Shown here: one piece after another, positions 1 to 12,613 of the stretch
Position numbering within the stretch: the first letter of the stretch is position 1
How the letters are laid out: the number at the start of each line of letters is the position of its first letter
From: Octopus bimaculoides
Lineage: Eukaryota
DNA length: 64,000 nucleotides
Direction: 5' to 3'
NCBI RefSeq assembly: GCF_001194135.2
Contig: NC_069007.1
Coordinates: 10,557,194-10,621,193 of the forward strand
Program-made: the position numbers and the translations under genes
Notes under the pieces: model-generated
Told to the model about the DNA's origin: nothing
Databases searched by the model: none
What the model saw: only the letters and a program-made list of their open reading frames with translations

Positions 1-156
1 TATCTCCCTCTTTGTACTCACACTTCAACTCATTGATGCTTCAGGCTTGTTTTTGCTGTTGTTGTTGTTGTTGTTGTTGTTGTTCAACTGCATCCTGTAG
101 TGGGCCCTGCTTGAGGAGTGTGGAACCATCTCTTAACCAATATTGTTCTTAGATCA

Positions 157-775
157 AGGCAACAAGCTGGCAGAACCATTAGCACGCCAGGCAAAATGCT
201 TAGCAGTATTTTGTCTGTCTTTATGTTCTGAGTTCAAATCCTGCTGAGGTTGACTTTGCCTTTCATCCCTTCGGGGTCGATAAATTAAGTACCAGTTGCG
301 TACAGGGATCTATCTAATTGACTGGCCCCCTTCCCAAAAATTTCAGGCATTGTGCCTAGAGTAGAAAAGATTATATTCAAAATTTCATCTGTCTTTATGT
401 TCTGAGTTCAAATTCCGCCAAGGCCAACTTTGCCTTTCATCTTTTCGGAGGTTGATAAATTAAGTACCAGTTGCCTACTGGGGTTGATCTAATTGACTGG
501 CCCCCTCCCCCAAAATTTCAGGCCTTGTGCCTAGAGTAGAAAAGAATATTGTTCTTAGATCTAAGGTAGCAAGCTGGCGGAATTGTTAGCGCTCTGGGGA
601 GAATGCTAAGTGGTATTTTGCCTGCCTTTATTCACCGAGATCAAATTCTGCCTAGGTCAACTTTGCCTTTCAGGGTCGATAAATTAAGTACCAGCGAAAC
701 ACTGGGGTCGATGTAATTGACTAGTCTCCTCCCCAAAAATTTCAGGCTTTGTGTCTATAGTAGAAAGAATTATTG
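157..775 (+). mobile_element. Three tandem copies of an abundant tRNA-derived SINE (family A: gagctggcagaa..ttagcac..gaaatgcttag..ttctgagttcaaattcc..gtcgataaattaagtaccag..aaatttcaggccttgtgcctagagtagaaaag + (ATT)n)
   Basis: Mutually alignable copies with a B-box-like GAGTTCAAATTCC. More than 20 further copies occur across the window, e.g. 13770-14180, 27790-28250, 28825-29290, 39665-40075, 53625-53940 and 57140-57335. Confidence 0.85.
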
Positions 776-780
776 TTATT

Positions 781-918
781 GGAAGAGGTAGGCCCAGGAA
801 GACTTGGGCTGAGGTGGTGAGGCAAGACCTTCGAACATTGGGCCTCACCGAGGCGATGACTACTGACCGAGACCTTTGGAAATGTGCTGTGCGTGAGAAG
901 ACCCGGCAAGCCAAGTGA
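781..918 (+). mobile_element. RTE-clade LINE 3' end fragment (GRGRPRKTWAEVVRQDLRTLGLTEAMTTDRDLWKCAVREKTRQAK-stop)
   Basis: GRGRPRKTW and DR..W motifs typical of RTE ORF C-termini. Near-identical to 23509-23790 on the minus strand. Confidence 0.85.
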
Positions 919-1548
919 GATCGTTGCCAGTGCCCCTGGACTGGCTCTTGTGCAGGTGGCACATAAGATGTACCATNNNNNNNNNNNNNNNNNNNNNNNN
1001 NNNNNNNNNNNNNNNNNNNNNNNNNNNNNNNNNNNNNNNNNNNNNNNNNNNNNNNNNNNNNNNNNNNNNNNNNNNNNNNNNNNNNNNNNNNNNNNNNNNN
1101 NNNNNNNNNNNNNNNNNNNNNNNNNNNNNNNNNNNNNNNNNNNNNNNNNNNNNNNNNNNNNNNNNNNNNNNNNNNNNNNNNNNNNNNNNNNNNNNNNNNN
1201 NNNNNNNNNNNNNNNNNNNNNNNNNNNNNNNNNNNNNNNNNNNNNNNNNNNNNNNNNNNNNNNNNNNNNNNNNNNNNNNNNNNNNNNNNNNNNNNNNNNN
1301 NNNNNNNNNNNNNNNNNNNNNNNNNNNNNNNNNNNNNNNNNNNNNNNNNNNNNNNNNNNNNNNNNNNNNNNNNNNNNNNNNNNNNNNNNNNNNNNNNNNN
1401 NNNNNNNNNNNNNNNNNNNNNNNNNNNNNNNNNNNNNNNNNNNNNNNNNNNNNNNNNNNNNNNNNNNNNNNNNNNNNNNNNNNNNNNNNNNNNNNNNNNN
1501 NNNNNNNNNNNNNNNNNNNNNNNNNNNNNATGATGATGATAGAAATAA

Positions 1549-1845
1549 GTGGAGGCGCAATGGCCCAGTGGTTAGGGCAGCAGACTTGCAGTCATAGGAT
1601 TGCGGTTTCGATTCCCAGACCGGGCATTGTGTGCGTTTATTGAGCGAAAACACCTAAAGCTCTACGAGGCTCTGGCAGGGGGTGGTGACGACCCCTGTTG
1701 TACTCTTTCACCCCAACTTTCTCTCACTCTTTCTTCCTGTTTCCTGTAATGGACTGGCGTCCCATCCAGCTGGGGCGAACACATACGCCATAGAAACCGG
1801 GAAACCGGGCCCATGAGCCTGCCTAGGCTTTAAAAAGGACACATA
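1549..1845 (+). mobile_element. tRNA-headed SINE family C (gtggaggcgcaatggcccagtggttagggcagc...gtttcgattcccagacc)
   Basis: A-box TGGCCCAGTGG and B-box GTTTCGATTCC. Further copies at about 24009-24390 and 53993-54357. Confidence 0.8.
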
Positions 1846-3076
1846 AATTTTTTTTAATTATAGAAATAAAGCTCAGGTTTAGTCTTATTATTCCAGGTAG
1901 GAATTATGTGGGTAGCAGGTTACTACCTGTAACCTTAGATATCCACAAGTTTTCAACAGTCCTGCAAGTGCTTAGAACCCTCCTGATAATCCTTGCTGTC
2001 TCTAAGAGACAAACCTTTTTGTAGGAGCTCTACTGGGCATTTTAGTTCAATCTCCTTCAGCCATTTGTCTATATCTTGGCTTACTGTTCCCAATACACCA
2101 ATTATTAAAGGCTGTTTGCATCATCATCATCATCATTATTATTATTATTCTATGTTTGACTTTTGCTTTGTATTTGTACAAGTTGACTCCAAGTCTCATC
2201 CAGAGATCTTGAAAGACAAGTTAGAAGTTCAAGTTGGTGTTATGCCTAGGGTGCCATATATTTGGTTTTGCACAATGTATTGTTCTAGAGAATGTTTAAG
2301 AAAACATAAAAAATTTATAAGTTTGTTTTAAAATTTTGGATTACTTAGACAGTATTTTACGTACATAGAATATTATTATTATTAAATTCAAATTACGATA
2401 GACGTAAACAAAGAAACGAAGTTTGCTTTTAGAAGCCTTGAGATGTCTTAGAAAGTTAAAGAAGTGATTTTAAATTCTTAAACGCAGGATAATACTAATA
2501 ATATAGCGTGAACAGGATAAACTACCCCTATTTTTTTTTTGCATAATAGGGGTAGTTTATCCTGTTCAGGCTATATTATTATTATAAATACTATTACTTT
2601 TTCGTATGTGTATTTCGTGTGCAAGATTCTTGATGTGGATACGTGTGTTGAAAGAAATACAATTAAACCTTGGGAGAGGCATTATGCCGGTAATAAACAC
2701 ATGCACTGGTTCAGCCCTTTATTAATTTATATAGTTTTTTGGAGAGACAAGTTACTGAAGAGATTGCAAGAGTGCAATGAAATTATTTAACAAAAAACTA
2801 TATAAATTAATAAAGGACTGAACCAGTGCGTGTGTTTATTACCGGCATAATGCCTCTCCCAAGGTTTAATTGTACCATTACTTTTATTATTATCATTATT
2901 ATTATTCCACCAAGGTCAACTTTGCCTTTCAGCCTTTCACACTCAATAAAACAAGTTTGGATTTGAAACCGTTATTGCTGTTGTTATTGTTCTTGTCATT
3001 GTCGTCGTCGTCATTATTATCGCTCGCAGCAAATCTAAATCCGTTTACTCTTCTGCTATTTTCCTCCTGTTTTCAG

Positions 3077-3270
3077 GAACTGATGACGTCTTTGGAGAGA
3101 ACCTATGTAAGCATATGACCATTGGCAAATCCAGTTGTAATGTTCGCGCTTTAACCTATGGTGACCTTCATAAGATTAATCGGGAAGATCTTTTGGACAT
3201 ACTTGATATGTATCCAGAATTTGCTGAAAGTTTTACCAAAAATCTAGAAGTCACATTTGATTTAAGAGAT
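3077..3270 (+). CDS. KCNH2-like (erg/sei): ERG-subfamily voltage-gated K+ channel, CNBHD exon: (G)[64 protein letters not shown]
   Basis: tttcag acceptor at 3071-3076 and GTTCGT donor at 3271. The translation matches the hERG CNBHD motif pattern (DIFGE...GKS..DVRALTY.DLHKI.RDDLL.VLDMYPEF...LEITFNLRD). The 194-nt length and phase 1/phase 0 ends match my recollection of human KCNH2 exon 10. Confidence 0.96.
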
Positions 3271-6200
3271 GTTCGTATTCATTTTGTTATTATTTTTATT
3301 TATTTTATATATTTTTGTGTTTTTTTTTGTACTCTTTTACTCTTTTACTTGTTTCAGTCATTTGACTGTGGNNNNNNNNNNNNNNNNNNNNNNNNNNNNN
3401 NNNNNNNNNNNNNNNNNNNNNNNNNNNNNNNNNNNNNNNNNNNNNNNNNNNNNNNNNNNNNNNNNNNNNNNNNNNNNNNNNNNNNNNNNNNNNNNNNNNN
3501 NNNNNNNNNNNNNNNNNNNNNNNNNNNNNNNNNNNNNNNNNNNNNNNNNNNNNNNNNNNNNNNNNNNNNNNNNNNNNNNNNNNNNNNNNNNNNNNNNNNN
3601 NNNNNNNNNNNNNNNNNNNNNNNNNNNNNNNNNNNNNNNNNNNNNNNNNNNNNNNNNATAGTTCTGCTTTTGCACAAACCCCCGACATGTTGACCTATTC
3701 TTGCATCTTTCGCTTGAGGCCAAAACTTCCCATGTGTCCCTGAATCTTGCATTATTGAGTGAACAGATTTTGAATGCTTGCATCATGCCCAAATATTAAC
3801 AAGCTCACCTCAGTAATTTCCTATTACTTACAGCCTATATTTTCTTTACTAAATAAGGCAGTGAGCTGGCAGAACTGTTAGCACACCAGACAAAATACTT
3901 AGTAGCATTTCATTTGTCTTTATGTTGTGAGTTCAAATCCTGCTGAGGTCTACTTTGCTGTTCATCCTTTTTGGTTCAGTTGAGCAGTGGGGTCAATGTA
4001 ATCGACTTACCCCTTCCTGGGGTAATTTTGCTGGACTTGTACCAAAATTTTAACCCATTACTTCCCATAATTCTATTAACTGGAATTTTTTTATGAAACT
4101 TTGATTTCTAGCATAAAACAGCCTTAGAAACACACTGGAATGATCAAAATAACATTTTAAATAGAAATAAGCGAGATATTGGGTGAAAAATTAGCAAACC
4201 TCATTTGAATATCGGAGAAATATACCTAGTAGATATAGCAAAAAGGTTAGATATGTGTCAATATTGACAGATAATTTTTAAGTGATCTCATATGAGATCA
4301 CTGGTAGGTAATGGGTTAAGTAAATATTTTCTTTACTAAATAAACTATTTATCTTTGGTTCAATTCCTTGCTCTTTCCCTTCTTCATGAGATGGGTTAGT
4401 TCCACAAAGAGCCATTTTCTTGGTTTCTCTGGCATAAACATATTCCTCCCTGGATGGCACACCTGTCCATTGCAGGATTACTCATTTTTACCTGGACTGG
4501 AGCAACATAAAATGAAGTGTTTTACTCAAGAATGCAATACATCAACCGGTCCAGGAATCGAAACCACAATCTTACAATCATGAGTCCAACACCCCTAACT
4601 ACTGAGCCACGAGACAATGATAACTATTTCGAAAATTCACTGATTAACTATAATACTCATCTCTTGAGTGTAATAATTTATTTACTAATCCTTTAAGAAA
4701 TAAAGAAAATTGGCTGTTGGTAATAAGAAAATCCCTTCCCCTCAAATCCATTATTCTCTAAACATCATCCTTCTCGCATTCTGCTTCACTTGTATTCTCC
4801 CTTCAACACAGGTTGGACCCAATATTAACTTCTAAGCCTTTAATATGCTTGGTGGTGTATTATGGTTGTAAAATGAAATTACTGTGTCCCTACCAGCAGT
4901 TATTCTCTCTTCAATAGTGTCTCTTCTACAACATCATACCATCACCTCAGCTCTTCACCAATATCTTCTCTTCATCTCTGCAGCATTCTTCCAAGACTGA
5001 TGTCTGCCATCACTTTAGATTCCTGTTACTTGACTTCATTTGCCTCATCATCATTTAATGTCCATTTTTCATGCTGGCATCGGTTAAATGGTCTGAGAGG
5101 ACCCAGCAAACCACTTGTTTACATTTTGTAACTTGATTAGTTCACATAACTCCATAAGGAGCATAGAGTCGGTTTCCTGGTTTCTCTGGCATGTCTATTC
5201 CTCTGTGGATGGGACACCAGTCTGATACAGGACAACTCATTTTTGCCAGCTGAGCAGGCTGGAGCATTGTGAAATGAAGTCTTTTGCTCAAGAACACAAC
5301 ACATTGCATGGTCTAGGAATTGAAACTACAACCTTACAATCATGAATACAACACCCTAACCACTAAGCCATGCACCTCCACATTGTGTAACTTACAGGGT
5401 AGAAAAAGAACAAGAAAATGCAAAAAAGGGGGAAAAACCCCTTGTCTGAGTTGGGGGAGTATTTGATAGGGAGAGAGCTGGCTTTGTGTCTAGGAGATGT
5501 ATGGCTATCCCATATTATATAAGGGTGGGAGCAGCTGAGAAGATGATAAGATGGCTGTTATCAGATAGGGTATCAGAGTAAACCGTCAAGGAGCAAGAGA
5601 GGATACAGATAGGGGCCAGAGCAAACCCTCAAGGAGCTAGATAGGACAAGGGCAACAGAGCAGGGGAAAGAAGTGGGCTATTAGAGTGTGAGGGGAGAGA
5701 AACAAATGGTTTCAACTTATTTTTCATTATCGTTGTCATTCATTCTTTCACACGTTGCAGTCAGTAGACTGTGGCCATGCTGGAGCACCTCCTTCAAAGG
5801 GTGTTAATTATACTACCATCATCCTACCATTTCGTACTTATCGTTTAGTACCCATTATTAAAAATCTCAGGTCCTCTACTTCAGCTTCAAGTCAACATCA
5901 AAGCGTGTTTATTTCCTTATACATTGTCTCAAGTACAAATGGCAACATACAACATCAAAAGGGCAGGGGTGAATCCATGTCCTGTCTCTTTACAGTTCTT
6001 CTTTCCATTTCGTGTTTGTTTGGTCTCCGATGTTTTCTATAAACTACAGTGTATTTTAAATTTTGCTATCGATTAAGTATTTATTGATCATTTTGTTCTG
6101 GAATTAAAACGAAGTATTGTGGCATCATTTTCATTCTCTAATTGTCTAGGTTTAGTTAATCTTCTGATAAACAATTAGTGAAAGCTTTCATTTGGAAATA

Positions 6201-8193
6201 TTTTCTTTCTACCATGTTATTATTATTTGCTTTGTTTATTCATTTATTGATTTTTTTTATTTAATATATAAAGGAAATCAATTTTCTGGTATTTAAATTA
6301 ATAGTTATCATTTTTATTTAGTTTTATTCTTATTTACCTTTACGTTAATTCATTAATTATGTCATTGATTTGGTCATTTAATTATGCATTTTAATCATGT
6401 ATTTATTTATTGCGGTCATCAGGCCTGGCTGTGTGGTTAAGAAACTTGCTTTGTAAATGTGTGATTTTAGGTTCCATCTCATGGCACAGCAGCTTGAGCA
6501 AGTGTCTTCTATTAAAGCCCTGGGCCTTGTGAGGGAATTTGCTAGACAGAAACTATGTGGAAGCCTGTTGTGTGTGTGTGTGTTTGTTCCCTCATCCCCC
6601 CTCTGTCTTTCTCTCATTCTCTTCCTCTTCTTTCTCTCTCCCTCTCTTATTTTCTCTCTTCCTTCACCCTCTCTCTCTTCCTTCACTCTTTCCTACACTT
6701 TCTCTTCCTTCCCTCACTCTCTCTCTCCCACACTCTATTCCTTGACTATTTCTCTCTTCCATCCTACCCACCCTCTCTCTCTCTCTCTGTATATTTCTGT
6801 GCATCTGTGTGCTTGCTTGCTTCCAGTGCATAAACGTACTGTTGCTCAAACAGCTGACCCTGATCATCTCATTCCAGTTTGTCTGTGGGTCTATGGGTCT
6901 GCATATCTGTCTGTATGTGTGTATGCATTTGCTTCTGGGTCTTTATGTCTGTCTGTCTACATTTGTCTGTGTGTACATTTGTTTGTGGGTCTCTTGTCTT
7001 GTGGCACTCCGTCGCTTACGACGTTGAGGGTTCCACTTGATCCGATCAACCGAATACTTGGGGTCGATTTTTTCGACTAAAGGCGGTGCTCCAGCATGGC
7101 CACAGTCAAATGACAAACAAGTAAAAGAGTAAATATAAATACATTTATTATATCAAGGGTTATTACTACATGTAAATGCTTCATGTTGTTATGGGACTCT
7201 GAAGTCAAACTACTTTAATAAATATACATGGCACTGAAAGCAGGGGAATGCAACATGGAAGCTGCCTTTTAAAACCAGATTTGGTCGCAAATCATTAATG
7301 ATTTCATGGTTAGCGTACATAATACACTTTCCAATTGTCGGTGCAAACATATATATATGTATATGTGGTGTCTTCTGTTGCTTTAACTTAATGTTGTCAT
7401 CATTGTTGTTGCTGGTGTTGTTGTCGTCATCACTACAAGCAAACGATCGTTAGCAGTTATGCAATTATTGTGATTCAAACAGACTGTAATTGTGACCTGC
7501 TTTCATTTCCAATTTTTCACACACGTCTCACTAACACCCTTAAGAAAGGCATGAACATCTTCCATTCCCTCATTTCTTGTCATCTAAAATTTAACCCTCA
7601 GATGTCATTCTGTCATTTCATAATTTCTCATAAAACTAATCTGTTTGTTTTTCCTTCTTTTCTTTTTCCTTCTTAAATTAACCCTTTGGCATTTAATCCA
7701 TATCAGACCCAAATATTCTACATGTTTTATGTTTAAGCTGGTCAGATCCAGTTTCTCACACCTACTCTACAACATCATTCTAAAAGAAAAACAATCACAC
7801 CTTTATCATAAATCTTTAAGCTACAAGATAATGTATAATTAATTTACAAAAATGTGAATGAATATTACATATGACGGTAATCTGAATGCTAAAGGGTGAA
7901 ATTGATCAATATTTTACTGCTTTATATTACATAGACTTTATTTAAAATAACCAATTGCTTATCTAACTAATTAACTAATTAATTCATTCTAACAGTACCC
8001 TAAAGCATGTTTAGCCACACACTGCACTGTTTTTGGAACCCAATCCCTACCCCTTTTCCAACATATTTTCACGATGTTTCACTTCAAAGCTTATTATTAG
8101 AAACTTTAAAACTTGTTTTTGTTTCATATTTATCTAACCCAACTAATGGATATTAATTTTGGGCAAAAAAAAAAGTCTTTTCTTGCTTCCCAG

Positions 8194-8430
8194 AGATATT
8201 ACGGAATGAAAAAGCTTGTCGACGAGATAGACGATTACGGCATCGGTCGAGTCAGGAGACGGAACCGGGCCTCTCTTATGAGTCCAGTGATGAAGAGATC
8301 AGAGAGAGTGGTGCTGGAATTCTAGAGTTTTCACCAGCAAAAGCGGGCCAAGATGTAACGCCCGCCAACTTTGATTTCCAGCCGAGAGACAAAGAGAAGA
8401 AGCTGAGTTCAGGGTTCCCTTACATTGCAG
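8194..8430 (+). CDS. KCNH2-like (erg/sei): KCNH C-terminal linker exon: ILRNEKACRRDRRLRHRSSQETEPGLSYESSDEEIRESGAGILEFSPAKAGQDVTPANFDFQPRDKEKKLSSGFPYIA(G)
   Basis: Pyrimidine tract plus cag at 8191-8193 and gcag|gtattt donor at 8430/8431. The 237 nt are open in the phase-1 frame and CpG-rich relative to the flanks. The basic cluster resembles the hERG RQRKRKL region, and the phase matches the next exon. Confidence 0.85.
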
Positions 8431-8704
8431 GTATTTAGTATTCTGTGAAATAATGGATAAAAAAACATGCCAAACCTTGATCATGAACTATTTTGTTTTT
8501 TGTTTCAGCTATTGATTGATCTGTCGATTGATTGGTTTATAATTAGGATCTGTTATAAAACAAAGGTTTATTTATGGTTGTGTGGCCCAGAAATTTCATT
8601 TCACTTCATGCAACCTTGTAGTTCTTGGTTCAAATGCCCCTGGTATGATGAGTTGTTGATCGGGTAGTACCCGTATAGTCTCAGCTTCATCATGTAATAC
8701 ATAT

Positions 8705-8960
8705 ATCATCATCATCATCATCGTTTAACGTCCGCTTTCCATGCTAGCATGGGTTGGATGATTTGACTGAGGACTGATGAAACCAGATGGCTACACCAGG
8801 CTCCAATCTGATTTGGCAGAGTTTCTACAGCTGGATGCCCTTCCTAACGCCAACCACTCCGAGAGTGTAGTGGGTGCTTTTACTTGCCACTGGCACGAAG
8901 GCCAGTCAGGAGGTACTGGCAACGGCCACGCTCGAAATGGTGTATTTTATGTGCCACCCG
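8705..8960 (-). mobile_element. RTE-tail element (family B, ending in (GAT)n on the minus strand)
   Basis: Block catcatcgtttaacgtccgctttccatgctagcatgggttgg...ctggatgcccttcctaacgccaacc is repeated at about 13025, 17395, 22118, 23210 and 27235. At 23210-23790 it is contiguous with RTE coding sequence. Confidence 0.8.
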
Positions 8961-9639
8961 CACAAGAGCCAGTCCAGGTGCACTGGCAATGATCTCGCTC
9001 GAAAATCCTTACACATGTCACGGGCACAAGTGCCAGAAAAGCAACGCTGGGCAGAGGTGCTATCCTGATTTCACTTTCGCTTTCCCCAACAGGTCTTCAC
9101 AAACTGAGTTTCGTGTCCAATGAAGGAGACGACGTTGGCATGGGTGCCAGTTGTCGAATTTAGTTTGATTTCGGTTTCACTTGCCTCAACAAGTCTTCGC
9201 AAGTAGAGTTTAGTGTCAGAGTGAGGGCATGTCATTGATGAGGTTGCAAACAACAACAAAAGGACTCTGACAGAGAAAACCAACAACTGATTAATTGTTC
9301 AATCAACACTTTAAAATACACACACACAAATGTTATCACTGACACATACCTAGTGTATGTATTTTGTTTAAACATTCATTGGCTGAAGAATAGTCCCCTG
9401 GGAAACATACCATCACAACACTGAATGTTAAAGAACATGGAATGTCTCTGACCAAGTGGAACGACTTGTCCCAAAGGTGAACCAGGAGGGCAGATATCAA
9501 TATTTTGTTTGTCACTTTAGCTCATTAGCGCCATACACCTAACTCACCTGGAAACGAACCATAGTGCTGGTCATAGCCAAATATGTAAATTCTATATGCT
9601 GATGTGCAGCACATATGAAACAAAATTAAATCTTGAATT

Positions 9640-10271
9640 AAAAGTAGTTCTGGCAGAACTGTTGTTACACTGAACAAAATGCTTGGTGATGTTCTGAGTT
9701 CAAATCCCACTGAGGTCGTCTTTGTCTTTCATGTTTCGGGATCGATGAAGTAAATATCAGTACCAGTTGAGTACTGGGGTCAATGTAATTGACAGTCCTA
9801 TTCCACAAGACTTCAAGCCTATAATAGAAAAGATTATTATTATCATTATTATTATTGTCAGAAAAACAAAATTTGTTCTAGATCTTTGTTTCCAAAGTTC
9901 AAATCTTGCTGAGGCCAACATTATCTTTTATCTTTTCAAAAGTACCAGTCAAGTACTGTGGCCAGTGGCATCGATTAATGCCCCCACTCCATCAGAAGTG
10001 TTGGTCTTCTGCCTAAATTAGAAACAATTATTATTATTATTATTATTATTATGGTGGTGAGCTGGTAGAATCGGTAGCGCGCCAGGCAAAATGCTTAACG
10101 AAATGCTTAGCTTACAGTTCAAATTCCACCAAGGTTGACTTTACCCTTCCTCCTTTTGGGGGTCAATAAATTAAGTACCAGCTGAGTATTGGGGGGTCAA
10201 TGTAGTTGGCAAGTCGCCTTCCCTAAAATTTCAGGCCTTGTGCCTATAGTAAAAAGAATCTTTTTACTATA

Positions 10272-10319
<48 letters not shown>

Positions 10320-10492
10320 GGTGGTGAGCTGGCAGAATCATTAGCACATCAATGCTTAGCTTAGAGTTCAAGTTTTACGAAGGTCGATTTTGCTTTTCGT
10401 CCTTTCGGGGTCAATAAATTAAGTACCAGTACTGTAGTTGATGTAATTGACTTCCCTAAAATTTCAGGCCTTGTGCCTATAGTAGAAAGGAG

Positions 10493-10549
<57 letters not shown>

Positions 10550-10935
10550 GGTGGTGAGCTGACAAAATCGTTAGCATGCCAGGCAAAATGCTTAGCTCAG
10601 AGTTCAAGTTCAGCCGAGTTAGTACCAGTGAAACACTGGGGATCAATGTAATCGACTAGCCCCCTCCCCCAAAATTTCAGGCCTTGTGCCTTTTGTAAAA
10701 AGGATTATTATTATTATTGAGATGGCAGACTAGAAGAATCATTAGCATGCCAGACAAGAATGCCAAGCAGCATTTCATCCATCTTTATATTCTGATCTCA
10801 CAATTCTGCCTAGGTTGACTTTGCCATTCATCCCTCCTGGGTCAATAAAATAAGTACCAGCTAAGCATTGGGGTTGATGGAATCAACTTACCCACTCCCC
10901 TAAAATTGCTGGCCTTGTGCCAAAATTAGAAACTA
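9640..10935 (+). repeat. Array of about 7 family-A SINE copies separated by (ATT)n tails
   Basis: Repeated units each ending in ccttgtgcctatagtagaaa followed by ATT runs. Confidence 0.85.
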
Positions 10936-11294
10936 TTATTACCTCTGCTTTGGTGGAGGTATTGTTTTCAGTTATGTTTGTTTGTCCGTAGACAAGATAT
11001 CTCAAGAACTGCTGGATGGATTCAGATGAAACTTTCAGGGATGTTTGACCTCATGACTGGCACGATCTGATTAAATTTTGGGATTGATCCAGTACTGGAC
11101 AAAGATTCTGGATTATTTTTCCAGTCTTTTTACTTAATTTTTGAGAGCGGTCAGGTTCGTTTTTCATATTCTCGTTTGTGAGAGCAGTCAAATTTATTTC
11201 AGATGTTCTCATTTTAAAAATCATCTCTGGCTAATCGTTGAGAGGACATAGGTGTTGCCATGGCAGAGGTTTGTGCTCTCTGAGTGTACTTGTT
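10936..11294 (+). mobile_element. Non-autonomous Helentron (HINE/DINE-1-like)
   Basis: 5' ttattacctctgc with nearby ggaggt, a gtttgtttgt run, 3' ggcagaggt sub-TIR, terminal hairpin gtgctctctgagtgt and a cttgtt end. A truncated copy lies at about 14572-14735. Confidence 0.65.
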
Positions 11295-11836
11295 AATATT
11301 GATATTATTAAACACAAGGTTTAACCTCACTGAGTTTCCAAATATTTTAACTTCTCCGCATGATATTACAAAGCTGGTTCTTTTTTTTTTACTTTTTACT
11401 CCAAATGAGAAGTTTTTTTAATGTTCTGTTTTTCCATTAATACTAATGTTTTAGTCCTGTTTGACTTCCACCACTATCATCCAAATAGATCCAATATTTT
11501 GGCAGTTTTTGCAATTTTGTGATTTTTATTAACTTGTTTTCTGTTTTCTTTCCACACAAAAAGTTTGATATTTTTTGACAATTTGAAATCACACTTATTA
11601 ACAAACTAACATTTAAAATCCAGTATTAGTTGGTACACTGTTAATCAAGACTATGAAATAATTGTGGTTGTGTATACATACAAGCATTAAATGCATATGC
11701 ACATGCACCTGCACACACACTAATCAAAGCATACAGTATTATATATCCATTACAGCTGATCCTACCAATCAGTTTTGCAAGACATACCAACATCAGTAGT
11801 CAAGCTGTGGTAGGTGGACAAACATACACACACACA

Positions 11837-11868
<32 letters not shown>

Positions 11869-12566
11869 NNNNNNNNNNNNNNNNNNNNNNNNNNNNNNNN
11901 NNNNNNNNNNNNNNNNNNNNNNNNNNNNNNNNNNNNNNNNNNNNNNNNNNNNNNNNNNNNNNNNNNNNNNNNNNNNNNNNNNNNNNNNNNNNNNNNNNNN
12001 NNNNNNNNNNNNNNNNNNNNNNNNNNNNNNNNNNNNNNNNNNNNNNNNNNNNNNNNNNNNNNNNNNNNNNNNNNNNNNNNNNNNNNNNNNNNNNNNNNNN
12101 NNNNNNNNNNNNNNNNNNNNNNNNNNNNNNNNNNNNNNNNNNNNNNNNNNNNNNNNNNNNNNNNNNNNNNNNNNNNNNNNNNNNNNNNNNNNNNNNNNNN
12201 NNNNNNNNNNNNNNNNNNNNNNNNNNNNNNNNNNNNNNNNNNNNNNNNNNNNNNNNNNNNNNNNNNNNNNNNNNNNNNNNNNNNNNNNNNNNNNNNNNNN
12301 NNNNNNNNNNNNNNNNNNNNNNNNNNNNNNNNNNNNNNNNNNNNNNNNNNNNNNNNNNNNNNNNNNNNNNNNNNNNNNNNNNNNNNNNNNNNNNNNNNNN
12401 NNNNNNNNNNNNNNNNNNNNNNNNNNNNNNNNNNNNNNNNNNNNNNNNNNNNNNNNNNNNNNNNNNNNNNNNNNNNNNNNNNNNNNNNNNNNNNNNNNNN
12501 NNNNNNNNNNNNNNNNNNNNNNNNNNNNNNNNNNNNNNNNNNNNNNNNNNNNNNNNNNNNNNNNNN

Positions 12567-12613
<47 letters not shown>

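Noticed and set aside
742-1653. Long ORFs in the supplied track spanning N runs (also 11762-12710, 26487-27161, 33426-33954, 35401-36062, 55194-55627, 58155-59054)
   Set aside because: Artefacts of assembly gaps and flanking (TA)n/(CA)n; no real coding information.
6378-7080. 207-aa and overlapping ORFs
   Set aside because: Low-complexity CT/GT microsatellite plus SINE sequence.
8777-8992. Recurring ORF MKPDGYTRLQSDLAEFLQLDALPNANHSES (also 23288-23614)
   Set aside because: Antisense translation of the RTE-tail repeat, not a gene family.
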